DNA from: a candidate division WOR-3 bacterium | GTDB taxonomy: Bacteria; Hydrothermota; Tepidihabitantia; Tepidihabitantales; DTDR01 | Length of the DNA: 29,413 bases | Reading direction: 5' to 3' | Assembly (NCBI GenBank): GCA_039801885.1 | Contig: JBDRVN010000017.1 | Coordinates: 1 to 29,413, forward strand | Shown here: one piece after another, positions 1 to 8,340 of the stretch | How positions within the stretch are numbered: the first letter of the stretch is position 1 | How the letters are laid out: each line of letters starts with the position of its first letter | Made by a program: the position numbers and the translations under genes | Notes under the pieces: generated by a model | Told to the model about the DNA's origin: nothing | Databases searched by the model: none | Seen by the model: only the letters and a program-made list of their open reading frames with translations

Positions 1-159
1 AATATTATCATTGTAAGATAAATATTTTATATCTACATTATAAGGCGGCGAAGTAACAATCAAATCAATAGTATTCTCTTCTATACAATCAGTTGTTAAA
101 AAGTCATCATTATAAATTTTAATATTTTTGTTTTTGAAAGTAAAAAATAATTTTTTCAT
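1..159 (-). CDS. Site-specific DNA methyltransferase (N4C/N6A, beta class), N-terminal 53 aa; runs off window start
   Basis: Manual translation: MKKLFFTFKNKNIKIYNDDFLTTDCIEENTIDLIVTSPPYNVDIKYLSYNDNI. It contains catalytic motif IV (DLIVTSPPY) near the N-terminus. Not in the supplied ORF track. Confidence 0.9.
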   Translation of the reverse strand, partial: MKKLFFTFKNKNIKIYNDDFLTTDCIEENTIDLIVTSPPYNVDIKYLSYNDNI

Positions 160-166
160 TTCTTTT

Positions 167-195
167 ATTTTATATAACATTCTTTAAAAAGTCAA
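167..195 (-). promoter_or_regulatory. Sigma70-type promoter for the edge methyltransferase (probably leaderless)
   Basis: TTGACT-17 nt-TAAAAT, then 7 nt to the ATG at 159; no SD. Confidence 0.65.
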
Positions 196-212
196 TGTAT
201 TATGAGAAATGG

Positions 213-240
213 TTGAGTTTTATTTCTCTTTTGTTATACT
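213..240 (+). promoter_or_regulatory. Sigma70-type promoter with extended -10
   Basis: TTGAGT-16 nt-TATACT with TG upstream of the -10; SD GAGGTG before the ATG at 258. Confidence 0.55.
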
Positions 241-257
241 TAATGGTGAGGTGAAGA

Positions 258-1034
258 ATGAGATATTTGAGTTTTATTTTTTTAGGAGTTTTTGGTTTAT
301 CTTTTATTTTAAATGCGGGTGTGCGGATGGTAAGTGATTATGAGGATTATGAAGTAAAGGAAAAGGGAACTCATATTGGTTATATTGAAAAGGATAAGAT
401 GCGTTATGATGTGAAAACGGAAAAGACAGATATGGCAGTTATCTTTCGTGCGGATAAAGAGCTGTTTTGGTCTATTGATAATAAAAAGAAAACTTATATT
501 GAAATAACAAAGAGAGATATGGAAAAGATGAAAAAGAAAATGGAAGAAGGGATGGAGATGATGGAAGAACAATTGAAAAATCTACCGCCTGAACAGCGAA
601 AAAAGATAGAGGAGATGATGAAAGGTAAGACAAAGACGGAAGTTCCTAAAATAATTTATAAAAAGGTTGGAACCAGTGAGAAAGTTAATCAATGGGTTTG
701 TGATAAATACGAAGGGTTAGAAGGAAAAAATAAGGTGGAAGAGGTTTGGACTACTGATTTTTCTAAAATTGGTTTAAAACCAGAAGATTTAAAGGTTATG
801 GAAGAAATGGGAAAATTCTTCTCTCAGATGATGAAAGGAGTTTCTTTTTATAAGATACAGACCGAAAAGAAGGAAGATAAGTTTTTCGGCGTCCCTGTAA
901 GGATAATCGGTTATGACGAAGGTGAGAAGAAATTTAAAATGGAGTTAAAAGAGATAAAACGAGAAAATCTTGCTCCAACCCTTTTTGAGATACCAAAGGG
1001 ATACAAGAAAGAGAAGTTAGAGATTGAAGAATAA
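258..1034 (+). CDS. Exported DUF4412-like protein
   Basis: Signal peptide; helical insert MEEQLKNLPPEQRKKIEEMM; G..EKVNQWVCDKY; C-terminal LFEIPKGYKK typical of DUF4412/LolA-like fold proteins. Confidence 0.75.
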   Translation: MRYLSFIFLGVFGLSFILNAGVRMVSDYEDYEVKEKGTHIGYIEKDKMRYDVKTEKTDMAVIFRADKELFWSIDNKKKTYIEITKRDMEKMKKKMEEGMEMMEEQLKNLPPEQRKKIEEMMKGKTKTEVPKIIYKKVGTSEKVNQWVCDKYEGLEGKNKVEEVWTTDFSKIGLKPEDLKVMEEMGKFFSQMMKGVSFYKIQTEKKEDKFFGVPVRIIGYDEGEKKFKMELKEIKRENLAPTLFEIPKGYKKEKLEIEE

Positions 1035-1037
1035 AAG

Positions 1038-2231
1038 TTAATTCCTATAAAATTCAATTAATTTCTTTCTTATTATTAGTTGCTTCTCCCAATTTCCGTA
1101 GATTTTCCCTTTCGGAAGAAGTTCTTTGATTAGTTTTATTATTTCTTGATTATAAGAGAAATCTTTTAAACCAATTTTAAAAAGGGGTGTTTGAGGCAGA
1201 GGTATAAAAGTATGGAGGTGAATTCTTGCTCCTATTTTTATTAAATCTTTAATTATTTTTATTGTCTCTTTTATATCTTCTTCTTTTTCATTAGGAAAGC
1301 CAAAGATGAAGTCTAAATTTACCTTTAAATTATTTTTTATTGTTATTTCAGTTGCCTTATAAATATCTTCTATTTTATGTCCTCGATTTATCATTTTTAA
1401 AATCCTTTCGCTACCTGATTGGGCACCGATTACTAAATTATCGTTATCACAATATTTTTTTATTAAAGATATTGTCTCTTCATTAACAAATTCGGGTCTA
1501 ACTTCCGAAGGGAAAGTTCCCAAAAATATTCTTCCTTTATTTTTTATCAAATTTCTTATATTTTTCAAAAGTTTTTCTAATTCTGAATAGTTAATACTTT
1601 TGCCATCAATTGAACCATAGGCAAAACTATTGGGTGTGATAAATCTTATATCCCTTTTGTTATTTCTTATTAATATTTCAACCAGTTTTAAGATACTATC
1701 AATTGAGCGGTGTCTCATATTCTTGCCAAAAAGAAAAGGTGTTTGACAGAAATAACAGCCAAAAGGACAACCCCGAGATATTTCAATCGGTCCGAATTTC
1801 TTATATCTCTCACTAAAAGTTATAAATTTATCAAGATTTAAGACCTTTTTCCCATAAATTATCTTCTCTTCTTTTTTATCTTTTATTAAATCTAAAATTA
1901 TATATTCTCCTTCGCCACAAACCACATAATCAAAGCCGAAGTTTAAAACTTCTTTTGGCATTCCTGTTGGGTGCGGTCCACCAGCAATTTTAACTACGTT
2001 ATCCATCTTTAAACTTCCTATTTTCTCTATTAAATTTTTTATCTCAAAAATCTGGGTAGTAAAAAAAGAGAAAAGTAAAAACTTCTCTCCGTTTAGTTCT
2101 TTTAATAATTTTAATAAATCCTGTTCTTTTTTGGCAAAATAGATATTAAAATATTTTTCTAACAAAGGAATTAATGGATTGAAACTATACCGGTTATCCT
2201 TAGAGTAGTAAATAATAATATTAATTGACAT
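1038..2231 (-). CDS. B12-binding domain/radical SAM protein (MJ1487/TIGR04013-like)
   Basis: IAGGPHPT and VCGEGE cobalamin-domain motifs; EISRGCPFGCYFC CxxxCxxC; FPSEVRPE; GAQSGSERILK. Confidence 0.85.
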   Translation of the reverse strand: MSINIIIYYSKDNRYSFNPLIPLLEKYFNIYFAKKEQDLLKLLKELNGEKFLLFSFFTTQIFEIKNLIEKIGSLKMDNVVKIAGGPHPTGMPKEVLNFGFDYVVCGEGEYIILDLIKDKKEEKIIYGKKVLNLDKFITFSERYKKFGPIEISRGCPFGCYFCQTPFLFGKNMRHRSIDSILKLVEILIRNNKRDIRFITPNSFAYGSIDGKSINYSELEKLLKNIRNLIKNKGRIFLGTFPSEVRPEFVNEETISLIKKYCDNDNLVIGAQSGSERILKMINRGHKIEDIYKATEITIKNNLKVNLDFIFGFPNEKEEDIKETIKIIKDLIKIGARIHLHTFIPLPQTPLFKIGLKDFSYNQEIIKLIKELLPKGKIYGNWEKQLIIRKKLIEFYRN

Positions 2232-2240
2232 TTATTAGAT

Positions 2241-3023
2241 TTAAACATTTGATAATTTTTTATATAATTTTTTAATACTCTCGCCATAAAGAATTATTCT
2301 CCCATTTTTAATTTCTCTTTTTTCTTTTATTTGAGATATTAATAAATTGAAAGTTGATTTTTTATCTAACCAAAATTTAACTTCCCGATAATGAATATCG
2401 CTATCGTTTCTCATTTCAATTTCTCCGTGTGTTTTACCAGAAACTTTAAAAACTACTTTCTGGTCGTCAAATTGATTTTTCCCTCTTTTCTTAGAGTTTT
2501 CAACTTCATAATTATTGCTTAAAACTTCAATCACCTCTCGACTCCAAAAAATATGAAATATTTCTTCTTCCTTTATGACTAAAAAATTAACTTCGCCACT
2601 ATTAAACATACTTTTATCAATAAAAGCTTTTAATATTCTTTTTTCCTTTAATTTCTCACATAATTTTCTCATCGGCTCTTGTAATTTTTTCTTATAAAAT
2701 TCTTTATTATTTAAATATTCCTCTCTATTTTCAGGAAAACTTTTAATACATTCTAAAAATATTTCGCCTAATCCATTCATTCCCTGAAAAGTATAATTGC
2801 TTTCAAATCGTGTTTTTCCGTAAAGAAAAATTTGCCATTTCTTTTCGCCACTTTTTACAGAGTAGGAATAGCCATATTCGTCAATCACATCTTTTTTTGC
2901 TTGTGGTTCACTCTTAAATTCTTTCCCGATACCTAAAAGTTCTGCGAATTCTCTACTATCTTCGTGTCCCTTCCTCTTTACATAACTTGCTTTTTCTTTA
3001 CTCATTGCCTTCTTTTTAGGCAT
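2241..3023 (-). CDS. Hypothetical protein, probable type II restriction endonuclease
   Basis: Starts 2 nt after the adenine MTase stop; basic 260-aa soluble protein; KKDVID...SVKS could be a variant PD-(D/E)xK core. The function call rests mainly on context. Confidence 0.55.
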   Translation of the reverse strand: MPKKKAMSKEKASYVKRKGHEDSREFAELLGIGKEFKSEPQAKKDVIDEYGYSYSVKSGEKKWQIFLYGKTRFESNYTFQGMNGLGEIFLECIKSFPENREEYLNNKEFYKKKLQEPMRKLCEKLKEKRILKAFIDKSMFNSGEVNFLVIKEEEIFHIFWSREVIEVLSNNYEVENSKKRGKNQFDDQKVVFKVSGKTHGEIEMRNDSDIHYREVKFWLDKKSTFNLLISQIKEKREIKNGRIILYGESIKKLYKKLSNV

Positions 3024-3025
3024 AA

Positions 3026-3973
3026 TTATCTCTCTTTAATAATTAATAATTCTTTTTCTTTTTTAATATGATTTCTTCTTTCTCTTTTTCGGTTTATTCC
3101 AATTCGTGTCTCTCCTTGTCCTAAAGTGTAATGGGTAGGAAGTTCAATAATTTTAAAATCTTTATACCATTTTCTTATTGTTGGTGAATCGTTATAAGAT
3201 AGAATAAAATTTCCTTTATGAGAGAGAAGCAAGTCTCTTAAAAGTTCATGGTTAAAATTGGTGTGGTGAATTGGAAAATTTCTTTGGGGGTAAAGTCCTC
3301 TAAAAAGTGTGCTATCTTCTCCTAAATAGTAAGGTGGGTCACAGTAAAGGAAATCTTCTTTAAAGTTTGGGATTACTTCTTCAAAAGAAGCGCATTCAAT
3401 TTTTATATTTTTGACATTAAAATTTTTTACTCTTTCCAAAAGACGATTATACATTTCCTCATTAGCATAAACAGAAGACATCCAACCCAAAAAGCCCGGA
3501 CCATAAGAAAGATTATGATTAAAGTAATAATAAGCCGCTAATTTTAAAGGCGATAATTTTATCTTTTCCTGCCAATGTTTTTTAAGTTCTTCTTTTATTT
3601 TATTATAGACCTCTCTGTTCGGTTTTAATTTTTTCAATTCTTGATATAACTCGTAAGGTTTTTCAATTTGTATTTTCCAATAGTTGACAAGAATATCAAA
3701 TATTTCAAATCCTATGACTTCTATTTCCAATTCTTTGGCACAAGCGATTTCAATTGAACCGCCACCGAAAAAAGGAGAAACTAATCTTTTTATGTTGTCG
3801 GGTAGATTTTCGATAACATACCCCACTGCCCAGCTTTTTCCACCAGCATATCTTAAAGGCGACCCTAAATATCTTCTATATTTTTTATTTTTTCCCTGCA
3901 GCTTTTGTAAAAAAAGCTCTTTTTTTGATAATTTTAATTGTTCACTAAATAACAATTGTTGGGAAAAAACCAT
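3026..3973 (-). CDS. DNA adenine methyltransferase (Dam/D12, alpha class)
   Basis: SPLRYAGGKS (motif X), SPFFGGGS (motif I), YCDPPY (motif IV), FILSYND. Confidence 0.93.
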   Translation of the reverse strand: MVFSQQLLFSEQLKLSKKELFLQKLQGKNKKYRRYLGSPLRYAGGKSWAVGYVIENLPDNIKRLVSPFFGGGSIEIACAKELEIEVIGFEIFDILVNYWKIQIEKPYELYQELKKLKPNREVYNKIKEELKKHWQEKIKLSPLKLAAYYYFNHNLSYGPGFLGWMSSVYANEEMYNRLLERVKNFNVKNIKIECASFEEVIPNFKEDFLYCDPPYYLGEDSTLFRGLYPQRNFPIHHTNFNHELLRDLLLSHKGNFILSYNDSPTIRKWYKDFKIIELPTHYTLGQGETRIGINRKRERRNHIKKEKELLIIKER

Positions 3974-3982
3974 TTTTAATAA

Positions 3983-4011
3983 AATATAACAGCAATTTTT
4001 AAAAAATGCAA
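3983..4011 (-). promoter_or_regulatory. Internal sigma70-type promoter for the MTase/putative REase pair
   Basis: TTGCAT-17 nt-TATATT with TG extension; 9 nt to the ATG at 3973; no SD. Confidence 0.5.
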
Positions 4012-4013
4012 TA

Positions 4014-5267
4014 TTAAAAATTTACTATTATCTCTTTCAATTTTTCTATAATCTCTTCTTTTTTTATTTCTTGTTGGTTGCCGGTGGTCATATCTCTTAA
4101 TAGATAAATTCCTTTCTCTCTTTCCCTTTCGCCAATAATTATTACATATTTTATATTTAATTTATCAGCAATTTTAAGTTGTTTTTTTAAAGTTTCTAAA
4201 TCGGGGTTTGAATAGCAAGGAATATTTTTTTCTCTTAAAAGATTTGCTAATTTTTCTGCTTCATAGAAACTATCTTCACAATCATAGATTATCATTAGAT
4301 TTTTATTTTCTTTTAAAAGGTCTTTATTTTCTTTAAGGGCATAAAAAATCCTTTCTAAACCCAAGGCAAAACCAACACAAGGAGCATCTTGACCACCAAG
4401 TTCTTTCATTAGATTGTCATATCGACCACCGCCACCGATACTAATCTTTTCTCCTAAACTTTCGGAGATAAATTCAAAGGTTGTTTTTGTGTAATAGTCT
4501 AAACCCCTTACTAAATTTTCATCAATTTTATATCTGATATTTGATTTTTCTAAATAGAAAAGAAATTTATCAAAATGGTTCTTACATTCCTCACATAAAA
4601 ACTCTTTTACCTTGGGACTTTCTTTTATTATCTTTTGACATTTTTCATTTTTGCAATCAAAAATTCTTAAAGGATTTTTCTCTTTTCTTTCTTGGCAATC
4701 GGGACATAAAAATTCTATTTTATCTTTTAAATAATCTAAAAGGACTTCTTTAAATTTTGGTCGACATTTCTCACAACCAATAGAGTTTACCAGAGTAATG
4801 GTATCTTTTAAATTGATTTCTAAAAAGAAATGGTTGGCAATTTTAATAAGTTCAAAATCACTGTAAGGGCTTTTCTCACCAACAATTTCTAATCCCAATT
4901 GATAATGTTCTCTTAACCTTCCCTTTTGGGGTCTTTCGTATCGGAACATTGGTCCTAAATAATATACCCTTTGGAGAATAGGCAGTTGGTTTTCAATTAT
5001 TGCCCTTATTACACCTGGTGTTCCTTCTGGTCTTAAAGCCAATAATCTTTTTTTCTTGTCATAAAAGGTATACATCTCTTTATTAACGATATCCGAGGTT
5101 ATTCCCGTTGAACGATAATATAATTCAGCATATTCTAAAATTGGCGTCCTTATAAGAGAGAAATTATATAGTTTTACTATTTTTTCAAACTTATTAATAA
5201 TAAAGTTAATGATAGGGCTTTCGTTAGGCAGGATATCAAGCATTCCTTTTAATCTCTTTAGAGGCAT
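4014..5267 (-). CDS. hisS: Histidine--tRNA ligase
   Basis: LRPEGT, GPMFRYERPQKGR, LVRGLDYY, GGGRYD, GFALGLER motifs; C-terminal anticodon-binding domain. Confidence 0.98.
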   Translation of the reverse strand: MPLKRLKGMLDILPNESPIINFIINKFEKIVKLYNFSLIRTPILEYAELYYRSTGITSDIVNKEMYTFYDKKKRLLALRPEGTPGVIRAIIENQLPILQRVYYLGPMFRYERPQKGRLREHYQLGLEIVGEKSPYSDFELIKIANHFFLEINLKDTITLVNSIGCEKCRPKFKEVLLDYLKDKIEFLCPDCQERKEKNPLRIFDCKNEKCQKIIKESPKVKEFLCEECKNHFDKFLFYLEKSNIRYKIDENLVRGLDYYTKTTFEFISESLGEKISIGGGGRYDNLMKELGGQDAPCVGFALGLERIFYALKENKDLLKENKNLMIIYDCEDSFYEAEKLANLLREKNIPCYSNPDLETLKKQLKIADKLNIKYVIIIGEREREKGIYLLRDMTTGNQQEIKKEEIIEKLKEIIVNF

Positions 5268-5269
5268 TT

Positions 5270-5875
5270 TTATTTTCTTATTCTCATTATTCTTATTAAA
5301 TTTTCCCTTTCGTATTCAGAAAGTCTAAAAGATATATAACGGATAGCACTTCTCATTTGTGGAATTAATCGGTATTCTAAGGCGTTTACCCTTCTTCTTG
5401 TCTTTTCAATTTCTTTGGAAAGGATAGCAACAATTTTTAAAAGACTTGCTAACCTTCCTAATTTTTTAATTAAAGAATTTAATTTCTCTAAAGCAATATC
5501 TAATAAAGAAGAGGTTTGATAAAAGGGTAAAATCTTTTCTTTTTCTAAAAGGTCAAAATCATAAAGGGTTGTTTTGATATTTAAAAGAGGTATTATGCTC
5601 TCCTTTATAGAAACTTCATAAGTCTGATTTATTAAAAGATTTTCATAAAATATTCTTTTTTCTAAAAAGAAAGAAGAGTTCAAATATTTTAAGACTTCCT
5701 TTGTCTCTTCGTATACTTCCTTTCTTAATTTTTTTACTTCCTCAATATAGGAAAGTAAGATTCTTAATAGTTGTTCTTGACGGTCTTTTAGAAGCTTGTG
5801 TCCTCTAACAGCAATTATTTCCCTTTTTTTTAATCTTAATAACTCCTGTCGGGTAGCATTAGTTGGGATAAGCAT
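5270..5875 (-). CDS. atpD: V/A-type ATP synthase subunit D
   Basis: TRQELLRLK...RGHKLLKDR and EIEKTRRRVNALE..LIP signatures of NtpD/AtpD. Confidence 0.95.
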   Translation of the reverse strand: MLIPTNATRQELLRLKKREIIAVRGHKLLKDRQEQLLRILLSYIEEVKKLRKEVYEETKEVLKYLNSSFFLEKRIFYENLLINQTYEVSIKESIIPLLNIKTTLYDFDLLEKEKILPFYQTSSLLDIALEKLNSLIKKLGRLASLLKIVAILSKEIEKTRRRVNALEYRLIPQMRSAIRYISFRLSEYERENLIRIMRIRK

Positions 5876-5880
5876 AGTTT

Positions 5881-5908
5881 ATTATAATTATTTAGAGTTA
5901 AAAGTCAA
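5881..5908 (-). promoter_or_regulatory. Sigma70-type promoter for atpD-hisS (leaderless)
   Basis: TTGACT-16 nt-TATAAT, then 5 nt to the ATG at 5875. Confidence 0.75.
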
Positions 5909-5915
5909 TTTTAAG

Positions 5916-5943
5916 TTGACAAAAGTTAGTAATTCTTTATAAT
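5916..5943 (+). promoter_or_regulatory. Sigma70-type promoter for radC (leaderless)
   Basis: Consensus TTGACA-16 nt-TATAAT, then 7 nt to the ATG at 5951. Confidence 0.8.
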
Positions 5944-5950
5944 TAACAAA

Positions 5951-6856
5951 ATGGATAATGAGTTAGTTAATTTTTTTATCGAAAGGAAAATTTTACCTTT
6001 TATTTCCAATAAGGGAAAAATATTTTTTAGAGGGAAAGGTTTAAATGATAAAGAAAAAGATAATATTTCTAAGAGATTGGCTCAGTTTATTAAAACCAAA
6101 GAAGATTGTTCAAATTTAAGAAGGAAGATAATTGATAAGATTAAGGAGAATTATAATTTTTTGCCTATCAAAAATTGGGTAGAAGAGGAAAGACCAAGAG
6201 AGCTTTTAATAAAAAAAGGTGAGAGGTCTTTATCCCTTGCCAAATTATTGGCAATTATATTAAGAACCGGCAAAGAAGGAGAGAGTGCCGAAGATTTGGC
6301 AAAGAAATTATTAAACCAGTTTGGTAGTCTTTCAGCAATTGATAATGCAACAATTAATGAGATAAGTAAAGTACCAGGAATTGGTTTAGCAAAGGCTTGT
6401 TCTTTAAAAGCCGCTTTGGAATTAGGAAAAAGATTATTGGTAGAAAAGGCAGAAAGTAAAAAGAAGTTAAAATCACCCCAAGATGTGATTGATTATGTGA
6501 GTGGAAAAATTGGTCCTTATCTATTTAATGCCAAAAAGGAGCATTTTTCGGTTATCTTTTTAGATATTAAAAATAAGGTGATTGATACCTTAGAATTAAG
6601 TAAAGGAAGTAATAATGCCAGTATTGTTGATGTGAAAGAGATAATTTTGGAAGCCACTAAAAGATCAGCAAATGGTGTTATTTTAGTTCATAACCATCCT
6701 TCCGGAGAAACTGAACCTTCTAAGGAAGATATTTCTTTAACTAAAAAGATTATTCAGACTTGTAAGCTCTGTGGAATAAAGGTTTTAGACCATATTATTG
6801 TTGGTAGGAATAAAGAGGGTTATACTAGTTTTTTAAAATTGGGGTTAATTGATTAA
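5951..6856 (+). CDS. radC: RadC family protein (HhH plus JAB/MPN domain) with N-terminal extension
   Basis: ERPRELL, LLAIILRTG, HhH VPGIGLAKA, JAB motif HNHPSG..EPS.ED, VLDHIIVG. Confidence 0.95.
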   Translation: MDNELVNFFIERKILPFISNKGKIFFRGKGLNDKEKDNISKRLAQFIKTKEDCSNLRRKIIDKIKENYNFLPIKNWVEEERPRELLIKKGERSLSLAKLLAIILRTGKEGESAEDLAKKLLNQFGSLSAIDNATINEISKVPGIGLAKACSLKAALELGKRLLVEKAESKKKLKSPQDVIDYVSGKIGPYLFNAKKEHFSVIFLDIKNKVIDTLELSKGSNNASIVDVKEIILEATKRSANGVILVHNHPSGETEPSKEDISLTKKIIQTCKLCGIKVLDHIIVGRNKEGYTSFLKLGLID

Positions 6857-7245
6857 TGTATCTTATTGATGGTTATAATCTTTTACATCAATTTTATAAA
6901 AATATTGGTGAAGATAAGATAAATTATTATCGGGAGGAATTAATTTATCTTATAAAAGATTATTGCGAAATAAAGAGAAAGAAAGCCCAAATATTTTTTG
7001 ATGTGAAAAGTGTCCCTTTGGCTCTTTTACCACCAATTAGATTAAAAAGTGATTATTTAAAGGTTTCTTACGTAAAGGATGCTGATTTAGCAATTATCAA
7101 TATTTTAGAGAATACGAAAGATATTACCCGTTATACGGTTATTTCTTCTGATAGAAAAATAACGGATTATGCCCAAAAGAGAGGATTTAAAGTTTTTTCT
7201 TCAAAAAATTTTAAAACTATCTTATTGACTTTTAAATTAGAATAA
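6856..7245 (+). CDS. NYN domain (YacP/Rae1-like PIN fold) putative RNase
   Basis: YLIDGYNLL, IFFD, DAD..I, VISSDR motifs; start overlaps the radC stop (TAATG). Confidence 0.85.
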   Translation: MYLIDGYNLLHQFYKNIGEDKINYYREELIYLIKDYCEIKRKKAQIFFDVKSVPLALLPPIRLKSDYLKVSYVKDADLAIINILENTKDITRYTVISSDRKITDYAQKRGFKVFSSKNFKTILLTFKLE

Positions 7246-7252
7246 TTAAAAT
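7225..7252 (+). promoter_or_regulatory. Sigma70-type promoter for the four-gene envelope operon
   Basis: TTGACT-16 nt-TAAAAT overlapping the end of the NYN gene; about 50-nt leader with AAGGAGG at 7296-7302. Confidence 0.6.
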
Positions 7253-7309
7253 AAAATAAGTTAAAATAATGTTAATAAGAAATTTATTAAGCGAAAAGGA
7301 GGATTATCT

Positions 7310-8326
7310 ATGAAAGCAAAACTATTAATTTCTATTGGAATAATTGGTATTATTTTACTTTTTTTATCGTGCGGTAATGAACCACCTCCGCCTTTTTTTG
7401 CGGGTGATGGAAATGATTCAGCAGCGATTAGAAATCTTCTTGGAAGCGAAGTCTTAAAAGTTCATCTTTTTGAAGGTACTATGTTTGGCGAAGAAAACTA
7501 TTTGGTTCCGGTAGCGCTTAAAAGGAGTGTCTATTTTGATTCTCTCTTAAAAAAGGATAGACCTTTTATGAAATTCTTTCCAAAAGCCTTTGGTCGCAAG
7601 AAGATAGAAGAAAGAGATTCTTTTAATATCATATTTATCAAAGATACTACCTGTCATGTCTATTTAGTTAGAGAGTTTAAAGATTCCTTATATATCCTTA
7701 CTGATTCAGTTACTCCTTATTTAGCCGATAGTGGTTATTGTGCTAATTATTTTATAAATAAAGAGACACTAATTGTAAAACCTTTTAATGCCATTTCTTG
7801 GCAGGTTGCCTATTTTGAACCAGTTAAGAAAGATACTGAACCAAGAGAGTGGAAATTAAAGAAGATTTCCGGTTGTCAAATTATATTTGCACCGGATGCT
7901 GAAAAAGCACCAATTTTCTATAATCCCTTTGGTGTAATTGTATCTTCATCAACAAAAACTTGCACTATTTTTGAATTGGAATATCAAAGGACTGCCGACC
8001 CCTCTTGTTCTTTAAAGTTTTCTAATAGAAGACTTTTCTATGTTAATGAAGATAGTTGTGAGAAAAAAGATTCTCTTTTATATTTACCAATGGATTCTTT
8101 AAAAGTTAGTTGTAGGTATTGGTTAAATCCTGATGACTCAGTTTATACTTTTGTTTATTATAAAGATGACAATAATAAGTGGCAAAGGGTTTTATCTTCC
8201 GAGAAATTTGTTCTTCCCGAAGGGTTTAATCGTTTTTATGTAGAAGGTATTACTTATGAATGCTTGGCTCATATTAAAAAAGAACCCAGGGCAATTATTT
8301 GGGGAATTGCAACAAGAGTAAAATAA
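7310..8326 (+). CDS. Lipoprotein of unknown function
   Basis: Basic N-terminus, hydrophobic stretch, lipobox FLS-C21, Pro-rich tether; perfect SD. Confidence 0.8.
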   Translation: MKAKLLISIGIIGIILLFLSCGNEPPPPFFAGDGNDSAAIRNLLGSEVLKVHLFEGTMFGEENYLVPVALKRSVYFDSLLKKDRPFMKFFPKAFGRKKIEERDSFNIIFIKDTTCHVYLVREFKDSLYILTDSVTPYLADSGYCANYFINKETLIVKPFNAISWQVAYFEPVKKDTEPREWKLKKISGCQIIFAPDAEKAPIFYNPFGVIVSSSTKTCTIFELEYQRTADPSCSLKFSNRRLFYVNEDSCEKKDSLLYLPMDSLKVSCRYWLNPDDSVYTFVYYKDDNNKWQRVLSSEKFVLPEGFNRFYVEGITYECLAHIKKEPRAIIWGIATRVK

Positions 8327-8340
8327 AAAGGAGGAAAAAA

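Noticed and set aside
5951-7245. radC plus nearby methyltransferases as evidence of a prophage or ICE
   Set aside because: This is the full-length chromosomal HhH+JAB RadC; no integrase, att repeats, phage or conjugation genes are in the window.
8299-8340. Upstream TTG start of the TonB receptor given in the ORF track
   Set aside because: It overlaps the lipoprotein gene and translates the RBS; ATG 8341 has AAGGAGG at normal spacing and begins a signal peptide.
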